Both the position numbers and the translations under genes were made by a program. Below, in pieces: positions 9,117 through 17,731 of a DNA stretch of 64,000 bases. Below the pieces are notes generated by a model that had not been told where the DNA came from, did not search any database, and saw only the letters and a program-made list of their open reading frames with translations. The number at the start of each line of letters is the position of its first letter. Position 1 is the stretch's first letter. The stretch comes from Clostridia bacterium. GTDB lineage: Bacteria > Bacillota > Clostridia > Oscillospirales > CAG-272. The stretch covers positions 13,418 to 77,417 of the forward strand of contig JAGASS010000051.1 in the NCBI GenBank assembly GCA_017621655.1, written 5' to 3'.

Positions 9117-9716
9117 ATGGCAGAATTTATAGAGCCGATAGAAATAATCATAGAGCAGCTTCGTTCTCTGCCGGGTGTTGGCAGAAAGAGCGCAATACGC
9201 ATGGCTTTCGGCGTTGCTGAAATGGATAGCGAAAAGCTTGAGCGCTTTGCGAGCTCTCTTCTTGAAGCCAAAAGAGCTATCAAGGAATGTACTGTTTGCC
9301 ATAATCTCTCTACTAACGAGCTATGCTCCGTTTGCTCTTCACCCGAGCGCGACAGAAGTATTATTTGCGTTGTTGAAGACGTTAAGGCACTTATGGCAAT
9401 CGAAAAGGTCCGTAGCTTTAAGGGCGTATTTCACGTTCTCGGAGGTACTATTTCGCCGATCGACGGCAGAGGTCCTGACGATATTAATGTCGCTTCCCTG
9501 CTTGACCGCGTAAACAAAGGTGGCGTCACAGAGGTAATTTTAGCAACCAATCCGACGCTAGACGGTGAAACTACCGCTATATATCTATCGAAGCTTCTTA
9601 AGCCCCTCGGAATCGCAACGACCCGTCTAGCATCGGGAATTCCAGTCGGCGGCGACCTTGATTACGCAGACGAAATGACGCTTCTACACGCTATGGACGG
9701 TAGAAAAGAGATATGA
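9117..9716 (+). CDS. recR: Recombination protein RecR
   Basis: 199 aa with HhH LPGVGRKSA, C4 zinc finger CTVCHN...CSVC and a Toprim domain. Confidence 0.95.
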   Translation: MAEFIEPIEIIIEQLRSLPGVGRKSAIRMAFGVAEMDSEKLERFASSLLEAKRAIKECTVCHNLSTNELCSVCSSPERDRSIICVVEDVKALMAIEKVRSFKGVFHVLGGTISPIDGRGPDDINVASLLDRVNKGGVTEVILATNPTLDGETTAIYLSKLLKPLGIATTRLASGIPVGGDLDYADEMTLLHAMDGRKEI

Positions 9717-10345
9717 TAGACAGAGTTATATGGGATTTTAACGGTACTATCCTTGACGACCTTAAGATCTCAATAGAATCGGCAGACGAACTTCTGACTC
9801 GCTATGATCTTCCGCCAATTGGCAATGTTGAAAAATACTATTCGGTTTTCGGTTTTCCGATAATCGGATATTACGAGCGCGTCGGATTTGACTTTTCAAA
9901 ATACGACTTCTCCGTTCTTGCTAATGAGTGGGTAGATATTTATCTCAGCAAAATGCCGTATGCCGCGCTACGCGACGGAATTATCGAGACCGTTGACAAG
10001 CTTAATTCTCTCGAAGTTAAACAAACGATACTCTCAATGACAGAGGAAAATATGCTGCGCAGACAGATCGATTCCTTTGGTATTACAGATAAGTTTGACG
10101 AGATCTTTGGTCTCAACGACATATATGCTACTTCGAAGCTTGAGCTTGCACGTTACTGGAAGAGCACGCATCAGGGTGAGAACGTTATATACGTTGGCGA
10201 TACCGAGCACGACGCCGAGAGCGCTGAAATTATCGGCGCTAAGTGTCTTATGATTACAGGCGGTCATCAGAGCTGCTCGACTCTGAAAGCACTCGGAAAG
10301 ACCGTTATAACAGCTCCTAACGACATATTTATATATATAAAATGA
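9713..10345 (+). CDS. HAD-superfamily hydrolase (phosphoglycolate-phosphatase-like, atypical motif I)
   Basis: 210 aa. Motif I reads VIWDFNGTILDD and motif IV is VGDTEHD. It overlaps the recR stop in ATGA. Confidence 0.75.
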   Translation: MIDRVIWDFNGTILDDLKISIESADELLTRYDLPPIGNVEKYYSVFGFPIIGYYERVGFDFSKYDFSVLANEWVDIYLSKMPYAALRDGIIETVDKLNSLEVKQTILSMTEENMLRRQIDSFGITDKFDEIFGLNDIYATSKLELARYWKSTHQGENVIYVGDTEHDAESAEIIGAKCLMITGGHQSCSTLKALGKTVITAPNDIFIYIK

Positions 10346-10368
10346 CCCGACAACGTCGGGTCATTTTC
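10342..10368. terminator. Bidirectional terminator (HAD gene / ABC exporter)
   Basis: Stem ATGACCCGAC(10342-10351)/GTCGGGTCAT(10355-10364), then a T-rich tail. Confidence 0.6.
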
Positions 10369-12072
10369 TTATGATACTTTAGTAATTCCGCGCCAGAGAT
10401 TAGCGTATATACCGTCTTTATCGAGAAGCTGATCGTGAGTGCCGCGCTCTGCGATTCCCTCGTCGTTTATAACAAGTATCTCGTCAGCGTTCTTAATGGT
10501 CGTCAAACGGTGAGCGACAACGATCGTAGTTCTTCCTGCACAGAGCATTTCAAGACTCTGCTGGATCATAAGCTCGGTTGCGTTATCAAGTGCAGACGTT
10601 GCCTCGTCAAGAATAAGAATCGGCGGATTCTTCAAAAAAACACGCGCAATCGATACTCTCTGCTTCTGACCGCCCGAGAGCTTAACTCCGCGCTCACCAA
10701 CGAGCGTCTCATATCCGTCAGGAAGAGCTTCAACGAACTCGTGTAGATTTGCAAGACGAGCAGCACGCTCAACATCTTCCTTGGTCGCATCGGGAGCGCC
10801 GTATGCTATATTTTCGTAAATTGTCGAGTCGAAGAGGAACACGTCCTGCGAAACTATGCCGATGTTACGACGCAAGGATTCAAGGGTTACTTCATTTATA
10901 TTTTTTCCGTCGATCAGTATGCTTCCGCTTTCAAGCTCATAGAAACGCGGTATAAGGTGGCATATCGTTGTCTTACCGCCGCCCGACGGTCCGACGAGCG
11001 CAAGAGTTTTACCCTCTTCAAGCTTAAAGGAAAGATTAGAAAGAACGTTTTTGGATTCGTTATAGCCGAAGGAAACATTATCGAACACGATCTCACCGCG
11101 CACATTTTCAAGGTCGATGGCAACGGGTGAATCCTGTTCCGGATCTTCGTCGATTATTTCTATGAAACGCTTAAAGCCCGTCATACCATTCTGATACTGC
11201 TCTATGAAGCCGACGAGCTTTTCAATAGGCGACATAAACAGCGTAATGTAAAGAGAGAACGTGGTGAACACGATAATATCTATCTTGCCAGTTGCTACGA
11301 ATATACCGCCTGCAAGATACATCGCAATTCTGAGCACGTCCATGCAAAGTGTCATTCCGGAATGGAAGATACCCATCGATTTATAAGCGCGCTTTCTTGC
11401 TCTGACAAAGCCCCTGTTGTCATGCTCGAATCTGTCAAATTCAAACTTGGAATTTGTGTATGCCTTGGAGATTCTGATGCCTGCTATGCTGTTTTCAAGA
11501 GTTGCATTTATCTTTCCGACCTCTTGGCGAGATTCGGCAAATGCTGAACGCATCGACTTTTGCGATTTATAAGCAAAGAAGCACATAAACGGCAGAAGCG
11601 CATAAATTATGAGCGTCAGAGGCATATAAATGCTTCCCATCACTATAAACGAACCTACGAGCATAATTACGGAAATGAAAAGATCCTCGGGACCGTGGTG
11701 CGCAAGCTCGGAAACATCCATAAGGTCGTTTACGATCCTTGACATAATGTTACCTGTTTTGTTGTTATCAAAATAAGTAATCGGAAGCTTTTCAAGATGA
11801 GTAAACACGTCACGCCTCATCTGCGCCTGCATCTTTACACCCATTACGTGTCCATAGTAGGCAACGAAATAGTTAAGTCCGCATCTTATAAGATAGATAG
11901 CGGCAAGAATTATTGACCAGATAATAAGCGGCTTGACCTGCGGATTCTTAAGCATACGGTTTGTTATCAATGGATACACCATCGAACAAACAGAAAGCAG
12001 AAGTGCCGCGATCATATCCATTATAAATATAGTTTTATGCGGCTTGTAGTAAGATATAAATCTCTTTATCAT
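10369..12072 (-). CDS. ABC exporter, fused permease/ATPase (canonical NBD, probable homodimer)
   Basis: 567 aa with six N-terminal TM helices, Walker A GPSGGGKTT, signature LSGGQKQR, Walker B ILILDEATS and H-loop VVAHRL. Confidence 0.9.
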   Translation of the reverse strand: MIKRFISYYKPHKTIFIMDMIAALLLSVCSMVYPLITNRMLKNPQVKPLIIWSIILAAIYLIRCGLNYFVAYYGHVMGVKMQAQMRRDVFTHLEKLPITYFDNNKTGNIMSRIVNDLMDVSELAHHGPEDLFISVIMLVGSFIVMGSIYMPLTLIIYALLPFMCFFAYKSQKSMRSAFAESRQEVGKINATLENSIAGIRISKAYTNSKFEFDRFEHDNRGFVRARKRAYKSMGIFHSGMTLCMDVLRIAMYLAGGIFVATGKIDIIVFTTFSLYITLFMSPIEKLVGFIEQYQNGMTGFKRFIEIIDEDPEQDSPVAIDLENVRGEIVFDNVSFGYNESKNVLSNLSFKLEEGKTLALVGPSGGGKTTICHLIPRFYELESGSILIDGKNINEVTLESLRRNIGIVSQDVFLFDSTIYENIAYGAPDATKEDVERAARLANLHEFVEALPDGYETLVGERGVKLSGGQKQRVSIARVFLKNPPILILDEATSALDNATELMIQQSLEMLCAGRTTIVVAHRLTTIKNADEILVINDEGIAERGTHDQLLDKDGIYANLWRGITKVS

Positions 12073-12155
12073 TTTTACACCTCGAAATAAACTTTTATAA
12101 TTTTACCACAAACCATTCGCTTTTGCAAGTAATTACTGTTTTTTTGCGATTCTTC

Positions 12156-12184
12156 TTGACAAATTCCTACTATAATGGTAGAAT
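12156..12184 (+). promoter_or_regulatory. Sigma-A type promoter for the pheST leader
   Basis: TTGACA (12156-12161), 17 nt spacer, TAGAAT (12179-12184), with TG two nt upstream. Confidence 0.5.
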
Positions 12185-12190
12185 AACTAA

Positions 12191-12420
12191 TAGCTGTGAA
12201 GCCGTGTAAGTAGGTACTGTTATTCAGGTATCAGAGAGAGACGCCTTGGCTGTGAGCGTCTTACCGATGCAGAACTGAATTTCAGCGGTGGAGCTTTTCT
12301 GCGAAAAGCAATGCGTTAAGCAGAATGTTGTCGCCGCATTAAGGCGAGTGAGTGCGGAATTTTCCGAACTTGGGTGGTACCGCGGGTGATCCCGTCCCAT
12401 GATCTGTGGGGCGGTTTTTC
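12191..12420 (+). promoter_or_regulatory. T-box leader (tRNA-Phe sensing) with intrinsic terminator
   Basis: T-box sequence TGGGTGGTACCGCGG (12371-12385). AGAGAG bulge motif in stem I. Candidate specifier UUC followed by A at 12281-12284. Terminator stem 12392-12399/12407-12414 followed by TTTTT. It lies directly upstream of pheS. Confidence 0.8.
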
Positions 12421-12490
12421 TTTTCCCCCCAATTCTTCCCTGCCGACGGGGGTTGAATAAAATAAATTCAGTCGGAGAAAAGGTAAAATT

Positions 12491-13519
12491 ATGCTTGAAA
12501 ACGCAAATGCCTTAAAGGCACAATTTGAGGAAGCCCTTTCCAAAGTAACGACAACTGCGGAAATCGATGCCCTTCGCATTGAGTACGCAGGTAAAAAGGG
12601 TCTCGTTTCCTCGCTTATGAACGACCTTAAAAACGTTCCGAACGATCAGAAAAAGGAAGCCGGAATGGTTATCAATCAGGTCAAGCAGTTCGTTGAGGAA
12701 CAGATTAAGCTCAAGACCGAAGAGCTTATAAAGCTCGAAGAACAGAGAAAGATAGATGAAGCGGAATCTTATGATGAGTCACTTCCTACCGATCTCGGTC
12801 TCGGTTCTTATCATCCGATCACGCTTATTCAGCGCGAGGTTGAGGACATCTTCTCTTCTATGGGCTTTATCGTTGAGGACTACAGCGAGATAGTTGATGA
12901 CTATCACTGCTTTGAAGCGCTCAATATCCCGAAGCATCACCCCGCAAGAGATATGCAGGACACCTATTATCTCGATAACGGTCAGCTTCTAAAGACACAC
13001 ACCTCGGCGGCGCAGAATTATATTATGAGAAAATACGGCGCGCCCGTTCGTGCTATTTTCCCCGGACGCTGTTTCCGTAACGAATCTACCGACGCTTGCC
13101 ACGAAAACACCTTCTTCCAGCTTGAAGGAATTATGATCGATGAGGATATCTCGATATCTAACCTCATTTATTTCATGAAGACGATGCTTTCCGAGGTATT
13201 CAAGCAGGATATTACCGTTCGACTTCGTCCCGGATTCTTCCCCTTTGTCGAGCCGGGATTTGAGCTTGATATTCAGTGTACCATTTGCCACGGTAAGGGG
13301 TGCCCGTCCTGCAAGAATTCGGGCTGGCTCGAGCTTTGCCCCTGCGGTATGATACATCCTAACGTACTCACCTACGGCGGAATCGACACCGAAAAGTACA
13401 CCGGCTTTGCCTTTGGTCTCGGTCTTACGCGTCTTGCTATGATGAAATACGGCATCAAGGACATCCGTATGCTCAATTCAGGAAGCTTGAAAGCGCTTTC
13501 GCAGTTCACAGATAAGTAA
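12491..13519 (+). CDS. pheS: Phenylalanine--tRNA ligase alpha subunit
   Basis: 342 aa with class II aaRS motifs (HPARDMQDTYY, FRNE, GFAFGLGLTRL). Confidence 0.95.
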   Translation: MLENANALKAQFEEALSKVTTTAEIDALRIEYAGKKGLVSSLMNDLKNVPNDQKKEAGMVINQVKQFVEEQIKLKTEELIKLEEQRKIDEAESYDESLPTDLGLGSYHPITLIQREVEDIFSSMGFIVEDYSEIVDDYHCFEALNIPKHHPARDMQDTYYLDNGQLLKTHTSAAQNYIMRKYGAPVRAIFPGRCFRNESTDACHENTFFQLEGIMIDEDISISNLIYFMKTMLSEVFKQDITVRLRPGFFPFVEPGFELDIQCTICHGKGCPSCKNSGWLELCPCGMIHPNVLTYGGIDTEKYTGFAFGLGLTRLAMMKYGIKDIRMLNSGSLKALSQFTDK

Positions 13520-13532
13520 AGGAGGAAGAACG

Positions 13533-15896
13533 ATGTTTGTATCAATGAATTGGATCAAGGAATACGTTGATCTTTCTAATGAGAATATTGAAGAACTTAT
13601 CCATCGCTTCACTCTTTCTACTGCTGAGGTTGAGGATATTATTTACAAGGGCGCTGACGTTCGTGGAGTAATTATCGCGCAGATAAAGGAAGTTGAGAAT
13701 CATCCTAACTCCAAGAAGCTGCATCTTCTTAAGGTCGATACTGGATCTGAGATTCTCGACATTGTTTGCGGTGCGCCTAACGTAGAAGTCGGTCAGAAGG
13801 TCGCTCTTGCGACAGTCGGCGGACGCGTTTGCGCGGGCGAGATCGGCAAGGCAACGATTGCAGGATATGATTCCTACGGTATGTGCTGCGGTGCGGACGA
13901 GCTTGGTATAGGAGAGGGCCACACGGGACTTATGCCTATAGACGTTGACGCGCCTCTCGGAACGGATATCAAGGACGTTTATCCGATTGATGATATCATC
14001 TTTGAAGTTGACAACAAGTCGCTTACAAACCGCCCCGATCTTTGGGGACACTACGGTATAGCAAGAGAATTTGCGGCTTTGACCGGCAAGGAGCTGAAGC
14101 CTCTTGACCTTGGCGAGATTGTATACAGCGGTGATAAGACGATCCCCGTTTCGACGACGAGAGAAGACCTGCTCTACCGTTATTCCTGCCTTGAAATGTC
14201 GGGTATTTCGAAGAACAGAAGCCCTCTTGCTATGCAGATCCGTCTTTACTACTGCGGTATGAGAGGAATCAATCTTCTTGCAGACCTTTCTAACTACATT
14301 ATGCTTGAGCTTGGTCAGCCGACTCATGCGTTTGACGCAAAGAAAATCGACGCAATCAAGGTTGGCACTCCGAGTGAATCCTTCACCTTCAAGACTCTTG
14401 ACGACGTAGAGCGTGAGATAACAGATAGCACGCTTATGATATACAATAACGACACTCCCGTCGCTATTGCGGGTATTATGGGCGGTCTCGATTCCGAGAT
14501 CATCGACGACACTTCGTCAGTCGTTCTCGAATCTGCTAACTTCGACGGCGTTTGCGTAAGAAAATCAAGCTCTCGTCTCGGTCTTCGTACTGATGCAAGT
14601 ATGAGATACGAGAAAATACTCGATCCTGAGCTTACACTTATTGCTATCAAGAGATTTATCAAGCTTCTCACTTCTATTGACGATGGCGCGTACATCTCTT
14701 CGAATCTCTCTGATCTCTACGTCCAGAAATATCCCGAGATCACGCTTTCGTTCGATAAGAAATACGTTGACCGCTATACGGGAATCGATATTTCCGAAGA
14801 TCGCATTGTCAGTACTCTTACTCTCCTCGGCTTCGGTGTTACGCTTGATGACGGCGTATTTACCGTAACTGTTCCCTCTTGGCGCGCGACAAAGGACGTT
14901 ACCATCAAGGCGGATATAATCGAAGAGATCACCCGTGTTTACGGATACGATAATTTCGATATTTCCTCAACAAAATCGCTTCTTAAGCCCGTTCGCCGTT
15001 CTGTAAACAAGGACGAGGACTCGTCTATCAAAAACATTCTTGTTCAGCGCTTCGGACTTCACGAGGTTCATTCCTATATCTGGTGCGACGGCAAGAAGTA
15101 TAAGAAGCTCGGAATCGAGGTTGAAAATAACGTTCGAATCCTCAACATTCCGACTCCCGAAAACGGTACTGTCAGAAACTCCATAATTCCGACGATGCTC
15201 TCCTTCGTTTACGAAAACAAGGGCTATGCAGATACATTCGGTATATTTGAGATAGCACGTGTTGTTAAGGGACTCAAGGATAACGGCGAATGCCACGAAA
15301 GACGCACGCTTTGCTATACACTCTACAGCAAGCGCGTAAGCGAAAAGGAGCTTTATATGAAAGCTCTCTCGATGCTTCGTACGCTCTGCACCGAGATAAA
15401 GCATTGCGAGCCAACCTTCTCTAAGATCGCTCCGATCCATGCTTATCAGCATCCGAAGAACACGGCTTCCATTACTGTAAACGGAATTGAATGCGGAGTT
15501 ATCAACACGCTTCATCCTACCGTTCTTGGAAAGCTTGACAAGAATGCGGCAGTTGCATGCGTTGAGATAGACCTCGATGACCTCTATACCGCGACCGTCG
15601 CTTCCCTTTCCTACAAGGAGCCCTCAAAGTTCCCCGGAATCGACTACGACCTTTCGATCGTAATGGGTGCAAGCAACCGCTTCTCTGACGCCGAAAGTGC
15701 TTGGAAGAAGCTTGATCTTGAAAATCTTACCGACGTTATCGTTACCGATATTTACGACAACGGCGAGACGAAGAGTATCACCGTCCGCTTCACCTTCTCT
15801 TCCGACGAGAGAACGCTCTCTATGGACGAGGTTCAGGCAAGTGTTGATAAGATAGTAGCCGAGATAAACGCAATCGGTATTTCGTTAAGAGCATAA
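13533..15896 (+). CDS. pheT: Phenylalanine--tRNA ligase beta subunit
   Basis: 787 aa with the N-terminal NWIKEYV motif, tRNA-binding, B3/4, B5 and FDX-ACB domains. RBS AAAGGAGGAAG precedes ATG 13533. Confidence 0.95.
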   Translation: MFVSMNWIKEYVDLSNENIEELIHRFTLSTAEVEDIIYKGADVRGVIIAQIKEVENHPNSKKLHLLKVDTGSEILDIVCGAPNVEVGQKVALATVGGRVCAGEIGKATIAGYDSYGMCCGADELGIGEGHTGLMPIDVDAPLGTDIKDVYPIDDIIFEVDNKSLTNRPDLWGHYGIAREFAALTGKELKPLDLGEIVYSGDKTIPVSTTREDLLYRYSCLEMSGISKNRSPLAMQIRLYYCGMRGINLLADLSNYIMLELGQPTHAFDAKKIDAIKVGTPSESFTFKTLDDVEREITDSTLMIYNNDTPVAIAGIMGGLDSEIIDDTSSVVLESANFDGVCVRKSSSRLGLRTDASMRYEKILDPELTLIAIKRFIKLLTSIDDGAYISSNLSDLYVQKYPEITLSFDKKYVDRYTGIDISEDRIVSTLTLLGFGVTLDDGVFTVTVPSWRATKDVTIKADIIEEITRVYGYDNFDISSTKSLLKPVRRSVNKDEDSSIKNILVQRFGLHEVHSYIWCDGKKYKKLGIEVENNVRILNIPTPENGTVRNSIIPTMLSFVYENKGYADTFGIFEIARVVKGLKDNGECHERRTLCYTLYSKRVSEKELYMKALSMLRTLCTEIKHCEPTFSKIAPIHAYQHPKNTASITVNGIECGVINTLHPTVLGKLDKNAAVACVEIDLDDLYTATVASLSYKEPSKFPGIDYDLSIVMGASNRFSDAESAWKKLDLENLTDVIVTDIYDNGETKSITVRFTFSSDERTLSMDEVQASVDKIVAEINAIGISLRA

Positions 15897-15907
15897 AATC
15901 TAATAAT

Positions 15908-15935
15908 AAAAGGCATCGCTTGGCGATGCCTTTTC
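15908..15935 (+). terminator. pheST terminator
   Basis: Stem GGCATCGC(15912-15919)/GCGATGCC(15923-15930) followed by TTTT. Confidence 0.7.
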
Positions 15936-15943
15936 TCTAAACG

Positions 15944-15977
15944 AAAAAAGAGAAGCTGTAAAACAGCTTCTCTTTTT
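15944..15977 (-). terminator. Hydrogenase operon terminator
   Basis: Stem GAGAAGCTGT(15950-15959)/ACAGCTTCTC(15963-15972), flanked by an A-run and a T-run. It lies 4 nt after the hydA stop. Confidence 0.7.
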
Positions 15978-15980
15978 ATA

Positions 15981-17714
15981 TTACTTAGTTCTCTTAACGT
16001 AAGTAGTGTGGAGGTCGTGATGTGCCTTATGACCGCCGAAGCCATCGTACCACTCGCTGTAAAGTGCCTTTACAACGGGGGATTCATGAGACTTACGGAT
16101 GGACATAGCCGCATCCTGATCGTAGAGTGCCTTAGCACGAACTGCCTTAAGGTCTACGGTGTCGCGAACGTACTGGGGCTGAATGGGCTGACCGCCGCCG
16201 TTTACACAGCCGCCGGGGCATCCCATGATCTCGATGAAGGTCCAATCAGCTTCGCCGTTCTTGATCTTCTCCATAACTTTCTGAGCTGCGGTAGCACCAC
16301 TTGCAACAGCAACCTTGATGTCAGCTCCGTTGATTTTAACGGTAGCTTCCTTGATGGACTCGGTTCCGCGAACTGCGTGGAAGTCAACGTCAAGGTTATC
16401 CTTGCCGGTAAGCCAGTCGTTAGCGGTACGGAGAGCTGCCTCCATAACACCACCTGTAGCACCGAAGATAACTGCTGCGCCTGTATCCTCGCCGAGAGGA
16501 GAATCAAACTCTTCATCGGGAAGCATAGTGAACTTAAGACCCGCGCGGTCGATCATCTTAGCAAGCTCTCTTGTAGTAAGAGCGATGTCAACATCAGGAT
16601 AACCGGAAGCGCTCTGATCGGGACGTCCGATCTCGAACTTCTTAGCGGTACAAGGCATTACGGATACGGATACAATATCCTTCGGATCGATACCCATCTT
16701 GTTTGCGTAGTAGGTCTTGATTACTGCGCCTGCCATCTGTTGAGGAGACTTGCAGGAAGAAAGGTGATCGATGAGGTTAGGATAGTAGAATTCGCAGAAC
16801 TTAACCCAACCGGGCGAGCAGGAGGTGATCATCGGGAGAACGCCTCCGTTATTGATACGCTCAACAAGCTCATTTGCTTCTTCAACGATAGTAAGGTCAG
16901 CTGCGAAGTCGGTATCAAATACCTTATCGAAGCCGAGACGGCGGAGAGCAGATACCATCTTGCCCTCAACGTTAGTTCCGATAGGCATACCGAAGCATTC
17001 GCCGAGAGTTGCTCTGATGGAGGGAGCAGTCTGAACGACAACGTGCTTGGTAGGATCAGCAAGAGCTGCCCATACCTTCTCGGTATCATCCTTTTCGGTA
17101 AGAGCACCTGTAGGACATACAGCTACGCACTGTCCGCAGGAGATACAAGGAGTCTCGGAGAGCTTAACCTTGAACGCGGAGCCGATGCTGGTGTCGATAC
17201 CTCTGTCGTTTGCACCGATAACTGAAACGAACTGTTCCTTACATACGGCAACACAACGACGGCAAAGGATACACTTGTTATTGTCACGAACGAGGTGAGG
17301 AGTGCTCTCATCAAGCTCGTAAACGGGCTTGTAGCCCTCGAATGCGCCCTCATCTACACCGTACTCGAGGCAGAGCTTCTGAAGCTCACAGTTGGTCGAG
17401 CGGGAACAGGACAGACACTTCTTATCGTGGGTAGAAAGCATAAGCTCAAGAGTAGTTTTTCTTGCCTTCTGAACCTTTTCGGTATTGGTCTTAATTTCCA
17501 TACCTTCCGAGGCGGGATATACGCAAGCAGTAACAAGTCCGCGAGCGCCGGTTGCTTCTACAACGCAGATACGGCAAGCGCCGATCTCGTTGATCTTCTT
17601 CATATAACAAAGGGTCGGGATCTCAACGCCTGCTGCACGAGCCGCCTCGAGAATGGTAGAACCCTTGGGTACGCTTACTGCGATACCGTTAACTTTACAA
17701 TTAATCATTTCCAT
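15981..17714 (-). CDS. hydA: [FeFe]-hydrogenase catalytic subunit (HydA of a trimeric NAD/ferredoxin-linked enzyme)
   Basis: 577 aa with an N-terminal 2Fe-2S and several 4Fe-4S Cys clusters. H-cluster motifs TSCSPGW, MPCTAKKFE and GCPGGCVNGGGQP are present. Confidence 0.9.
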   Translation of the reverse strand: MEMINCKVNGIAVSVPKGSTILEAARAAGVEIPTLCYMKKINEIGACRICVVEATGARGLVTACVYPASEGMEIKTNTEKVQKARKTTLELMLSTHDKKCLSCSRSTNCELQKLCLEYGVDEGAFEGYKPVYELDESTPHLVRDNNKCILCRRCVAVCKEQFVSVIGANDRGIDTSIGSAFKVKLSETPCISCGQCVAVCPTGALTEKDDTEKVWAALADPTKHVVVQTAPSIRATLGECFGMPIGTNVEGKMVSALRRLGFDKVFDTDFAADLTIVEEANELVERINNGGVLPMITSCSPGWVKFCEFYYPNLIDHLSSCKSPQQMAGAVIKTYYANKMGIDPKDIVSVSVMPCTAKKFEIGRPDQSASGYPDVDIALTTRELAKMIDRAGLKFTMLPDEEFDSPLGEDTGAAVIFGATGGVMEAALRTANDWLTGKDNLDVDFHAVRGTESIKEATVKINGADIKVAVASGATAAQKVMEKIKNGEADWTFIEIMGCPGGCVNGGGQPIQPQYVRDTVDLKAVRAKALYDQDAAMSIRKSHESPVVKALYSEWYDGFGGHKAHHDLHTTYVKRTK

Positions 17715-17731
17715 AGCAGCGTACTCCTTTC

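Noticed and set aside
12316-12579. An 87-aa minus-strand ORF overlapping the pheS leader and start.
   Set aside because: It overlaps the T-box riboswitch and the pheS 5' end. It has no RBS, and the T-box and terminator structure explains the sequence.
16008-17225. A 405-aa antisense ORF inside hydA, plus similar long antisense ORFs at 13542-14327, 17828-18526, 18908-19666, 30847-31551, 34489-35262, 48419-49027, 54445-55122 and 58128-58781.
   Set aside because: For the hydA case I verified the same codon-register effect: the antisense frame is aligned with the sense codons, both congruent to 0 mod 3. The others have no RBS or family resemblance and lie wholly inside well-supported genes. I treat them as spurious.
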